This document shows, piece after piece, positions 40,775 through 49,197 of a stretch of 64,000 nt of DNA. The DNA comes from Acidobacteriota bacterium. GTDB taxonomy: Bacteria; Acidobacteriota; UBA890; WLXD01. The position numbers were made by a program, and so were the translations under genes. Positions within the stretch are counted from its first letter, which is position 1, and the number at the start of each line of letters is the position of its first letter. Location of the stretch: NCBI GenBank assembly GCA_965205505.1, contig CBDBHB010000006.1:384001-448000 (forward strand). The letters are read 5' to 3'. Under the pieces are notes generated by a model. It saw only the letters and a list, made by a program, of their open reading frames with translations. It was not told the DNA's origin and did not search any database.

Positions 40775-41545
40775 CTATTTCCGTCGGCTCGGAACTGGAA
40801 CCTGAAGAACTTGGCCGGGGTAGATGCGCGTCGACTGCAGCGCGTTGTTGGACTGGATACGGTCGGTCGTTGTGCCGTGGTTCTGCGCGATTCTCCAGAG
40901 CGTGTCACTACGACTCACTCTGTAGGCCACGACATCGGTGAATCCGGTGCCGGAACGCGGACTCGACCGGCCGACAAGTTGCCGCACATACTCGGCATAC
41001 TGGCGTGGGAACAGCGCCACGTGGTAGTGCGGCGGGTGTTTCTCGGCCGCGGCCTCGAGCACGCCGCGCTCTTCGAGCGACAGCAGGATTCTCTCGAGCC
41101 AGCTACGACACGACGGCTTGTTGTGCCGCCGCAGGTCGATTGCCATCCCGGTCGGGTGTACCGACCGGGGCGATGCGTTGCGCGGCTGACCGGTTTGCGG
41201 GCGCGTCAGGCTGGTGACCACCAGTTGCTCGCCGCAGGCGGCGCGAAACTGCGCCGCCAACCGCTCGGTGAAGAGCTTTACCTCCGGCCGCGCGTAGGGG
41301 TATGAGAGATCCTTGAGGGTGTAGTCGCGATTGCCGCGCAGCTGCACCAGCAAGCCGGCGCTTACGAACCGGGAAACGTGCGTTCCGTCGCGCATGAACG
41401 TGAAGTCGTGCACGCTAGCCTGGTGGTTCTGGCGGTCCATCGAGCTGCGGCTGCCACGGAGGCTCTGCGCGTCCGCCGCGCTTGCAGACAGTGCCAGCCC
41501 GACAAGAGCAGCAAGAAGATATGAGACTGTCTTTTGAATCGTCAA
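40775..41545 (-). CDS. DUF5715 (peptidase M15-like) protein with C-terminal LysM domain
   Basis: Signal peptide, VTSLTRP, SVHPTGMAIDL, PPHYHVALF, LysM YRVSRSDTLWRIA...IYPGQVLQVP; start uncertain. Confidence 0.85.
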   Translation of the reverse strand: MTIQKTVSYLLAALVGLALSASAADAQSLRGSRSSMDRQNHQASVHDFTFMRDGTHVSRFVSAGLLVQLRGNRDYTLKDLSYPYARPEVKLFTERLAAQFRAACGEQLVVTSLTRPQTGQPRNASPRSVHPTGMAIDLRRHNKPSCRSWLERILLSLEERGVLEAAAEKHPPHYHVALFPRQYAEYVRQLVGRSSPRSGTGFTDVVAYRVSRSDTLWRIAQNHGTTTDRIQSNNALQSTRIYPGQVLQVPVPSRRK

Positions 41546-41727
41546 AATATTGTTGAGTCGTGAAAACACGTTAAACCAAGGCCAACAATTGTTGAAGATG
41601 CTATAAGCTATCATTAGCTAGTTTCACCTAACAAGAGTTTGTTGAACACGTTTATTGACCGCGAAGAATCGCCATGCGCTAGCTGATGATTCGGATTGGG
41701 CCCGGCGTGTGCCACTATGATTTGTGC

Positions 41728-42969
41728 ATGGCCGAAACAGCAGAACCCCGAAGTGGCCTGGTAGGGCAAGGACGTGGCCAACAGCGGCCAGCAGTGCGCA
41801 GCAATGCGCCTGCGGCGCAGTCAATGGCTGGCAAGGTCCTGGGCGCGGTCCGCGCCAGACATTCCGAGGCGGTGGAATTTCTTCGGAAGCTCGTTTTCGC
41901 CGAGACCCCGACGCTCGAGCCGCATACACAGACCGTGGCGCTCCAGCAGCTCACCGAGGGGCTGGCGGCGGCCGGTCTCCGGTGTCGGCGACATTCGGGC
42001 TACACCAGCGGCGGCATGCTGTTGGCTAGCTGGCCACGCCAGCGGCGTTCGTCGCTGCAGTTGCTGATCGGCCACTGCGACACTGTTTGGCCGCTCGGCA
42101 CACTCGAGACCATGCCGGTCGAGATAGAGGGATCGCGCATGCGGGGCCCCGGCGTGTATGACATGAAATGCGGTGTAACGCAGACGGTGTATGCGTTGCA
42201 CGTGTTGCGGGACCTCGGCTTGGAGCCCGAGGTCAAGCCGGTGGTGTTCATCAACTCCGACGAAGAGATCGGTAGCCACGATTCCGAGAAGTACATTCGG
42301 TGGCTCGCCGGCTGTGTCGACCGAGCCTACGTCATGGAGCCGTCGCTGACGTCGGCAGGCTGGCTGAAAACGGCCCGCAAGGGGGTGCGGCAGTATCGAG
42401 TCAAAGTAACTGGCCGGGCGGCTCACGCCGGGTTGAATCCTGAGGAGGGAGTGAGCGCCATCTTGGAGATGTCGCGTCTGGTGGAAGAGCTGTTCGCGCT
42501 CAACGACGCCCAGCGCGGTATCAGCGTAAACGTCGGGATCATCGGTGGCGGAACGCGCTCGAACGTCATCGCTGCCGAGTGTGTGGCAGATGTCGACGTG
42601 CGCGTTCCGACGCTCGATGACGCGTCGCGGGTCGACGCCGCGATCCGCAGCCTGACGACCACGCACCCGGCCGCAACCGTGCAGGCGGTTCAAGCGCAAG
42701 GACGGTCGCCCATGGAGCAGACCGCCGGCGGGAAGTCGCTTTGGGACGCCGCGCGGCGTCACGCCGAGAGCCTGGGCTTTGAGCTCGAGCACGGACGCGC
42801 CGGCGGCGGATCGGACGGCAACATAACCAACCTCTACACGCCGACGCTCGACGGGCTCGGCGCCGTCGGCGACGGCGCGCACGCCTCGCATGAATATGTC
42901 GATCTCGAGCAGATGGTCGAACGTACGGCGCTGCTGGTGTTGCTTTTGTTGGAGCCGCCACTCTCGTGA
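41728..42969 (+). CDS. M20-family metallopeptidase (carboxypeptidase G2-like)
   Basis: GHCDTVW, GPGVYDMK, SDEEIGS, GRAAHAG, GGGSDGN, AHASHE; start uncertain. Confidence 0.92.
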   Translation: MAETAEPRSGLVGQGRGQQRPAVRSNAPAAQSMAGKVLGAVRARHSEAVEFLRKLVFAETPTLEPHTQTVALQQLTEGLAAAGLRCRRHSGYTSGGMLLASWPRQRRSSLQLLIGHCDTVWPLGTLETMPVEIEGSRMRGPGVYDMKCGVTQTVYALHVLRDLGLEPEVKPVVFINSDEEIGSHDSEKYIRWLAGCVDRAYVMEPSLTSAGWLKTARKGVRQYRVKVTGRAAHAGLNPEEGVSAILEMSRLVEELFALNDAQRGISVNVGIIGGGTRSNVIAAECVADVDVRVPTLDDASRVDAAIRSLTTTHPAATVQAVQAQGRSPMEQTAGGKSLWDAARRHAESLGFELEHGRAGGGSDGNITNLYTPTLDGLGAVGDGAHASHEYVDLEQMVERTALLVLLLLEPPLS

Positions 42970-43532
42970 CCCTGCGCATACCCGTCGTGCTGGGCAGCAT
43001 TCGCCAGGGTCGCAACACGCCACGGCTGGCACGCTTCATTCTGCGCAAGCTCGGAGAGCGCGACGATGTGCAATCAGACTTGATCGACCTGCGCCGGCTG
43101 GAGCTTCCGCTGGTCGAAGAACGGTTGCGTTTTCTCGACGAGCCGCCGCCTGGGCTGACTGCGCTGAGCGAACACATCGACCGCGCCGACGCGGTGGTCA
43201 TTGCCACGCCGGAATACAACAAGGGTTACCCGGCGGCGCTCAAGAACGCCATCGATGCATTGGGCTCGGAATGGCGTCGCAAGCCCGTCGGAATCGTGGC
43301 CCACTCGGTGGGGGCGTTCGGTGGCATGGTGGTGCTGCAACAACTTCGCATTGTCCTCATGAACCTGGGGGCCGTGCCGATTCCCGCCGCGATGACCGTG
43401 CCGAACATCGAGCACACCCTCGACGTGGATGGTGCGGCGCTCGACGAGGCCTTCGAGGGCCGGGGTGGCCGCTTCGTCGACGAGCTGCTCTGGTACGCGC
43501 GAGCGCTGAGAAATGCTAGCGCAGACGGATGA
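42966..43532 (+). CDS. NADPH-dependent FMN reductase
   Basis: LGSIRQGR, TPEYNKGYPAALKNAID. Confidence 0.92.
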   Translation: MTLRIPVVLGSIRQGRNTPRLARFILRKLGERDDVQSDLIDLRRLELPLVEERLRFLDEPPPGLTALSEHIDRADAVVIATPEYNKGYPAALKNAIDALGSEWRRKPVGIVAHSVGAFGGMVVLQQLRIVLMNLGAVPIPAAMTVPNIEHTLDVDGAALDEAFEGRGGRFVDELLWYARALRNASADG

Positions 43533-43637
43533 CATCAGAGTCGCAGAGCCGGCTCGAATTGCTCCTCTGACGCGGCTGTCGTAAGCTCCCGTGACTCTGT
43601 TTTGGTCTAGTCCCACCGCGCGAGGCAAGATGCGTTC

Positions 43638-45422
43638 ATGAGCGTCCCCGAGGAGAAGTTCGTCGACGAGGCTGGGCCCGATGATGCCCACGCACACGGC
43701 GAGAGCTTCATCTGGAAGTACGTCTTCTCGACCGATCACAAGACCATCGGGATCCAGTACGGCCTGACGGCTCTGTGCTTTCTGTTGTTCGGCTTCTGCC
43801 TGATGCTGCTGATGCGCTGGCAGCTGGCCTCGCCTGGCGCGCCCATACCCATCATCGGCGGCTTCCTGGGCCAGGCAAACGCGCCGGGCGGCATCATGCT
43901 GCCGGAGTTCTACAACCAGCTCGGTGCCATGCACGGCACCATCATGGTGTTCCTCGCCATCGTGCCGATGATCGTCGGCGCCTTCGGCAACTACGTCGTG
44001 CCGCTGCAGATCGGCGCCCCCGACATGGCGTTCCCGAAGCTCAACATGGCGAGCTACTGGTTCTACTTCGTCGGTGGCGTGGTCATGCTGGCGAGCTTCT
44101 TCCTTCCCGGCGGTGCGGCGAACTCGGGCTGGACCTCATACGCACCGCTCTCGATTATCGCCACGATGGGACAGACGGCGTGGCTGATCGGCATGATCTG
44201 CCTGATCAACTCGTCGCTGCTCGGATCGATGAACATCATCGTGACCATCTTCCAGCTGCGCGCGCCGGGTCTTACCTGGATGCGACTGCCATTTTTCGTC
44301 TGGGCGCAGCTGGTCACCTCGTTCTTGCTCGTGCTGGCGTTCCCGCCGCTCGAAGCGGCGGGGGCGATGCAGCTCATGGATCGCCTCGCCGGCACCAGCT
44401 TCTTCATGCCCAGCGGCCTCTACGTGTCGGGGCAGATTCTCGAGTATGCCGGTGGCGGCTCGGTGCTGCTGTGGCAGCATCTCTTCTGGTTCCTGGCGCA
44501 CCCAGAGGTTTACGTGCTAGTCCTGCCGGCGATGGGCATCGTCGCCGAGGTGATTGCCAACAACACCCGCAAGCCGCTTTGGGGCTACAAGGCGCTGGTG
44601 TACTCGACGGTGTTTCTCGGCTTCATGTCCTTCGTCGTGTGGGCGCACCACATGTTCATGACCGGCATGGGCACGGTGATCAGCGCCTTTTTCCAGACCA
44701 CCACGATGATCATCTCGATCCCGTCGGTGGTGATCTTGACGGCCTTGCTGATCTCTCTGTGGGGCGCCTCGATCCGCTTCAACACGCCGATGTTGTTCGC
44801 GCTGGCTTTCCTGCCCATGTTCGGCATCGGCGGGCTGACAGGGCTGCCGCTCGGTCTGGCGCCAGCGGACATCCACCTCCACGACACGTACTACGTGATC
44901 GGGCATTTCCATTATGTCGTGGCGCCCGGAACCATCTTCGGCATCTTCGCCGGCATCTACTACTGGTTCCCGAAGATTACCGGCCGGATGATGAACGAAG
45001 TGCTTGGCAAGCTGCACTTCTGGGGGTCGCTGGTCTTCATTAACTGCATCTTCGCACCGATGTTCCTGCAGGGGTTGGCCGGCGTATCACGGAGGCTGTA
45101 CGACGGTGGCGCCCAGTACTCGCACGCCCAGCCCGTGCTGCACTGGAACACCTTCATCTCGTACTCGGCGTTCCTACTGGCGGCGGCGCAGATCCTCTTC
45201 ATCGTCAACTTCCTGTGGAGCATCTTCCGCGGCAAGCGCGCGACCGCCAACCCGTGGGAGGCCACCACGATCGAGTGGACGGCTACCACCTCGCCGCCGC
45301 TCGGACACGGCAACTTCGAGACCCTGCCGAAGGTGTACCGGGGTCCCTACGAGTACAGTGCGCCCGGTGCAGAGGACAGCTTCATCGCTCAGGATGCGGC
45401 GCCCGCGCCGCAGGGGGGATAG
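43638..45422 (+). CDS. ctaD: Cytochrome c oxidase subunit I (A-type)
   Basis: TDHK, MHGTIM, HPEVY, WAHH, HDTYYVIGHFHY, RR. Confidence 0.96.
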   Translation: MSVPEEKFVDEAGPDDAHAHGESFIWKYVFSTDHKTIGIQYGLTALCFLLFGFCLMLLMRWQLASPGAPIPIIGGFLGQANAPGGIMLPEFYNQLGAMHGTIMVFLAIVPMIVGAFGNYVVPLQIGAPDMAFPKLNMASYWFYFVGGVVMLASFFLPGGAANSGWTSYAPLSIIATMGQTAWLIGMICLINSSLLGSMNIIVTIFQLRAPGLTWMRLPFFVWAQLVTSFLLVLAFPPLEAAGAMQLMDRLAGTSFFMPSGLYVSGQILEYAGGGSVLLWQHLFWFLAHPEVYVLVLPAMGIVAEVIANNTRKPLWGYKALVYSTVFLGFMSFVVWAHHMFMTGMGTVISAFFQTTTMIISIPSVVILTALLISLWGASIRFNTPMLFALAFLPMFGIGGLTGLPLGLAPADIHLHDTYYVIGHFHYVVAPGTIFGIFAGIYYWFPKITGRMMNEVLGKLHFWGSLVFINCIFAPMFLQGLAGVSRRLYDGGAQYSHAQPVLHWNTFISYSAFLLAAAQILFIVNFLWSIFRGKRATANPWEATTIEWTATTSPPLGHGNFETLPKVYRGPYEYSAPGAEDSFIAQDAAPAPQGG

Positions 45423-45425
45423 GCG

Positions 45426-46010
45426 ATGGACATTCCCTACACTGTCGAAGCGCGGCCCGACACCGGCCTTTACAACGCCAAGCTCGGAATCTGGTTGTTT
45501 CTGGCGTCCGAGGTGATGCTGTTCGGGGCACTGTTCTCGTCGTACATCCTGCTCAGGACCAGCGACCCCAACTGGTACCACGCCGACCTCAACGTCCCGA
45601 TGGCCACGTTGAACACCATGTTTCTGATCACCTCGTCGGTGACCGTGGTGCTGTCGTGGGCGTCACTGCGCCTCAACGACTTCGCCAAGTTCAAGTTGTG
45701 GGGAATCGCTACCTTCCTGCTCGCTTCGGCGTTCATGGTGGTCAAGGCCTTCGAGTACAACGAGGAGTTCACCCACGGTCTGTATCCCGCCACCAACAAT
45801 TTCATGGCGGTGTACTTCACCATGACCGGCCTGCACGGGCTGCACGTGCTCGGCGGCATGATCGTGATCGCCTACCTCCTAGGTCCTGGCGCCAAGATGT
45901 GGAACACGGCGCCCGAGCGGTTCACGAATCGCGTCGAGACCTTCGGCCTGTACTGGCACTTCGTCGATCTGGTGTGGATCTTCCTGTTTCCCGCCCTGTA
46001 CCTGCTTTAG
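45426..46010 (+). CDS. ctaE: Cytochrome c oxidase subunit III
   Basis: WLFLASEVMLFG, TGLHGLHV, YWHFVDLVWIFLF. Confidence 0.95.
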   Translation: MDIPYTVEARPDTGLYNAKLGIWLFLASEVMLFGALFSSYILLRTSDPNWYHADLNVPMATLNTMFLITSSVTVVLSWASLRLNDFAKFKLWGIATFLLASAFMVVKAFEYNEEFTHGLYPATNNFMAVYFTMTGLHGLHVLGGMIVIAYLLGPGAKMWNTAPERFTNRVETFGLYWHFVDLVWIFLFPALYLL

Positions 46011-46019
46011 GGAGCCCCG

Positions 46020-46361
46020 ATGAGCGGCCACAGCCCGGAAGAGATCCAGCAGGAAGTGCGTAAGTACTTCATGGTCTTCGGCGCCCTGGCAGTGCTGACG
46101 GCGGTGACCGTCGCGGTCAGCTACCTCGACCTGACGTCCGGTTTGGCGGTAACCCTGGCGATGATTATCGCCACCGTCAAGGGGTCGCTGGTTGCCGGTT
46201 ACTTCATGCACCTGCTCGACGAGAAGAAGCTCATATACAGCATCCTGTTGTTGACCCTCATGTTCTTCATCGTGCTGATGGGCCTGCCGGCGGGGACCAT
46301 AGCCGACACGACGGGCGAACCGATCCACGCAGCCGCACCGACGTCCCCGGCGGAGCATTGA
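46020..46361 (+). CDS. ctaF: Cytochrome c oxidase subunit IV
   Basis: IATVKGSLVAGYFMHL; three TM segments. Confidence 0.9.
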   Translation: MSGHSPEEIQQEVRKYFMVFGALAVLTAVTVAVSYLDLTSGLAVTLAMIIATVKGSLVAGYFMHLLDEKKLIYSILLLTLMFFIVLMGLPAGTIADTTGEPIHAAAPTSPAEH

Positions 46362-46362
46362 G

Positions 46363-46566
46363 ATGTCGTTGAAGTCGTTTCACGTGGTGTTCATCTGTGC
46401 TTCGATCGTCCTCTGCTTCATGGTCGGCGCCTGGGCACTCCAGCAGTATCGACTCTCCGACGAGACCGGGCACCTGTGGTTGGCGGTGGTGTTCTACGCG
46501 AGCGGCGTAGCCCTGGTGGCCTACGGCCTACGGTTCGTACGCAAGATCCGGGAGCTGGGAATCTGA
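46363..46566 (+). CDS. Small two-TM protein in the cox operon
   Basis: MSLKSFHVVFI...; tightly coupled to both neighbours. Confidence 0.75.
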   Translation: MSLKSFHVVFICASIVLCFMVGAWALQQYRLSDETGHLWLAVVFYASGVALVAYGLRFVRKIRELGI

Positions 46567-46829
46567 TGCTTAGCCGGGTGGCTTCGATCGTGATACTGAC
46601 CGCCTCGGCGGCGCTCGTTCCGGCCGTCGCCGAGGCGTGCCCGGTCTGTTATGGCGATATCGGCGGTCCGGCGGCGCGCGGCATCAACAACGGAATCCTG
46701 TCGATGCTGGCCGTGGTCGGCGTCGTTCAGATCGGCTTCGTAATGCTGTTCGTGGGCATGTGGCGCCGCGGCAAGCTGCTGCGCGAGCGTAAGGAGAGCT
46801 TCAAGGTGATTGACGGAGGCGTGCGATAA
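46566..46829 (+). CDS. Small exported CxxC protein with one TM segment, in the cox operon
   Basis: Signal peptide ending AEA, then CPVCYG; ATG overlaps the upstream stop. Confidence 0.75.
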   Translation: MLSRVASIVILTASAALVPAVAEACPVCYGDIGGPAARGINNGILSMLAVVGVVQIGFVMLFVGMWRRGKLLRERKESFKVIDGGVR

Positions 46830-47690
46830 ATGCTCTCGCTCATGCAGCAGTGGATGCCGGTAAATGGTGCGGCCCACGGACAGGCGCTGGACGAGATGTC
46901 GGCGCTAGTGCATTGGGTGATGCTGATCTTGTTCGTCGGCTGGGGGCTCTACTTCGCTTACGTCCTGTTTCGTTTCCGCGCCGGCGCCAATCCGCGCGCC
47001 AGCTACAAGGGCGCCACCAGCCACTTCTCACAGTACGTCGAGGTCAGCGTCGGCGTCATCGAGGTGGTGTTGCTGGTTTTCTTCGCCATTCCGGCGTGGG
47101 CGAGCTGGGTCGACCCGCCGGCCGACGGCGAGGCACTCGAGATCCGCGTGGTCGCCGAGCAGTTTCTGTGGAACGTTCAGTACAGCGGACCCGACGGTGT
47201 CTTCGGTCGTACCGGGCTCGAGTTCATTACGCCGACCAACACCATCGGGATCGACCGCTCGGACCCCTATGCGGTCGACGACGTTATCTCGACCAACCAG
47301 CTGCATCTGCCGGTAGATCGACCGATCACGCTGCTGCTGTCCTCGAAGGACGTGATCCACAGCTTCGCCCTGCAGCAGATGCGTGTGAAGCAGGACATCA
47401 TCCCCGGTCTCATGATCCCGGTGCATTTCACCCCGATCATGGTGACGCCGGAGGAGTCGGCGTATCCGGCCTGCGCCGGCGACAAGACGTGCTGGGAGAT
47501 CACCTGCGCACAGCTTTGCGGCCTCGGCCACTTCCGCATGCGCGGCTTTTACACCATCTACGAGCAGGCGGATTTCGATGCCTGGATGGCTGAACAAGTT
47601 GCCGCAGTCATGCCCGCGCCCGCAGCGGTCGAGGCAGAGGCAGCAGACGAGGAAGCCGAGCCGGAACCGGTCGTCCAGGGGGAGCAGTAG
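46830..47690 (+). CDS. ctaC: Cytochrome c oxidase subunit II
   Basis: CuA ligands DVIHSF and CAQLCGLGHFRM; two TM segments; no CxxCH domain. Confidence 0.94.
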   Translation: MLSLMQQWMPVNGAAHGQALDEMSALVHWVMLILFVGWGLYFAYVLFRFRAGANPRASYKGATSHFSQYVEVSVGVIEVVLLVFFAIPAWASWVDPPADGEALEIRVVAEQFLWNVQYSGPDGVFGRTGLEFITPTNTIGIDRSDPYAVDDVISTNQLHLPVDRPITLLLSSKDVIHSFALQQMRVKQDIIPGLMIPVHFTPIMVTPEESAYPACAGDKTCWEITCAQLCGLGHFRMRGFYTIYEQADFDAWMAEQVAAVMPAPAAVEAEAADEEAEPEPVVQGEQ

Positions 47691-47752
47691 AGTCGGCAAG
47701 CCCCGAGAGACGGCGGTCTAGCAACGGGAGGTTAGGCCATGAGGCTGTTCTC

Positions 47753-49177
47753 TTGACCTCGAACCGCCGACCTGAGGCTGCTGCTTCCGCAGTTGCTGGC
47801 CGATGTACCGTACTGCTCGTTGGTATCGCGATCGGCGCCTGTACCGGCGGAGCCACGCTTCCGATCACCGTAGGCGACCTGGCGATTACGCACGTCACCG
47901 TCCTGCCCATGGACGGCACCGAACGGCTCGTCGACCAGACGGTGGTGGTCGCTGGGGAGCGCATCGTTGCCGTGGAGGCGACTGGAACGGTAGGGCTCGC
48001 TCCGGACACAACCGTGGTCGATGCAGCGGGCAAGTACCTGATGCCCGGCATGGTCGAGATGCACGGGCACTATCCACAGGACGCCGAGGGACAGTTCACG
48101 CGCGACATCCTGTTTCTCTACGTTGCCAACGGCGTCACGTTGGTCCGCGGCATGCAGGGCGGTCCGCAGCACTTGCCGCTACGGGAGTCATTGGCCCGCG
48201 GCGAGCTCGTCGGCCCCCGAATCCTCGTCAGCGCGCCGATGTTGCACGGCCAGAACGTGACCGAGCCCGACCAGGCGATTGAGCTGGTGCGACGTGCCAG
48301 TGCCGCCGGATTCGACCATCTCAAGGTGCACGAGGATCTCAGCCGCGAGGTCTACGACGCCATTGCGGACACCGCCAACGAAATCGGTATCACCTTCTCG
48401 GGGCACGTGACCAACCACGTGGGTCTGTATCACGCCCTCGCGAAGGGTCAACTGACGATCGACCACCTCGACAACTACCTCGAAGCGCTCGTCGACGACC
48501 AGCAAGCGGTGGCTGATCTGGGTCTCTTCGATCTCGGGCAGCTGGCTGGCCGCATCGACGACACCAAGATAGCTGACGCTGTGACGGCGACGGCCGAGGC
48601 CGGCGCGGGTGTGGTGCCCACCATGGCGCTCTGGGAGGTGCTCTTCGGTGCTCGCCGCGGCGAGGAGTGGTTGGAGATGCGCCCCGAGACTCGTTACATG
48701 CCGCCCCAGATGGTCGACAGTTGGATCCAGGGAACCAATCAGCGTGTCGAGCAGCTGGGCGCAGATCGCGAGGCCGTATCGAACATCCTGGCGCTACGCC
48801 GCCGGGTGTTGAAGGCGCTCCACGATGCGGGCGTACCGGTGCTGCTGGGTACCGATTCACCGCAGATCTTCAGCGTGCCCGGGTTCTCGATCCACCACGA
48901 GATGGCGCTGATGGTGGAATCTGGGTTGACGCCCTACGACGTGCTGTTTGCGGGTACGCAGGCGGTAGCGCAATTCTATGGCGATACTGACGACTACGGC
49001 TCAGTGGCGGTCGGCCGCCGTGCCGACCTGGTGTTGCTGAACGCCGATCCGGCCGACGACGTGAGCAACTTCGCCAATCGGTCCGGGGTAGTGGTCAACG
49101 GCCGGTGGATCAGCGAAGAAGAGATTCAGGAGGAGCTCGAGACGATCGCGGCTCGTGCGGTCGAGACAAACCAGTGA
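47753..49177 (+). CDS. Amidohydrolase-family protein
   Basis: PGMVEMHGH, LLGTDS, GSVAVGRRADLVLL. Confidence 0.9.
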   Translation: MTSNRRPEAAASAVAGRCTVLLVGIAIGACTGGATLPITVGDLAITHVTVLPMDGTERLVDQTVVVAGERIVAVEATGTVGLAPDTTVVDAAGKYLMPGMVEMHGHYPQDAEGQFTRDILFLYVANGVTLVRGMQGGPQHLPLRESLARGELVGPRILVSAPMLHGQNVTEPDQAIELVRRASAAGFDHLKVHEDLSREVYDAIADTANEIGITFSGHVTNHVGLYHALAKGQLTIDHLDNYLEALVDDQQAVADLGLFDLGQLAGRIDDTKIADAVTATAEAGAGVVPTMALWEVLFGARRGEEWLEMRPETRYMPPQMVDSWIQGTNQRVEQLGADREAVSNILALRRRVLKALHDAGVPVLLGTDSPQIFSVPGFSIHHEMALMVESGLTPYDVLFAGTQAVAQFYGDTDDYGSVAVGRRADLVLLNADPADDVSNFANRSGVVVNGRWISEEEIQEELETIAARAVETNQ

Positions 49178-49197
49178 TCGCCTAGCTGGCCAACGAC

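Noticed and set aside
40236-40805. Small ORFs across the IS right end and the MITE
   Set aside because: No protein motifs; better explained as structured non-coding sequence
41520-41680. AT-rich stretch as foreign DNA or a riboswitch
   Set aside because: Short divergent intergenic region consistent with promoters; no riboswitch consensus recognised
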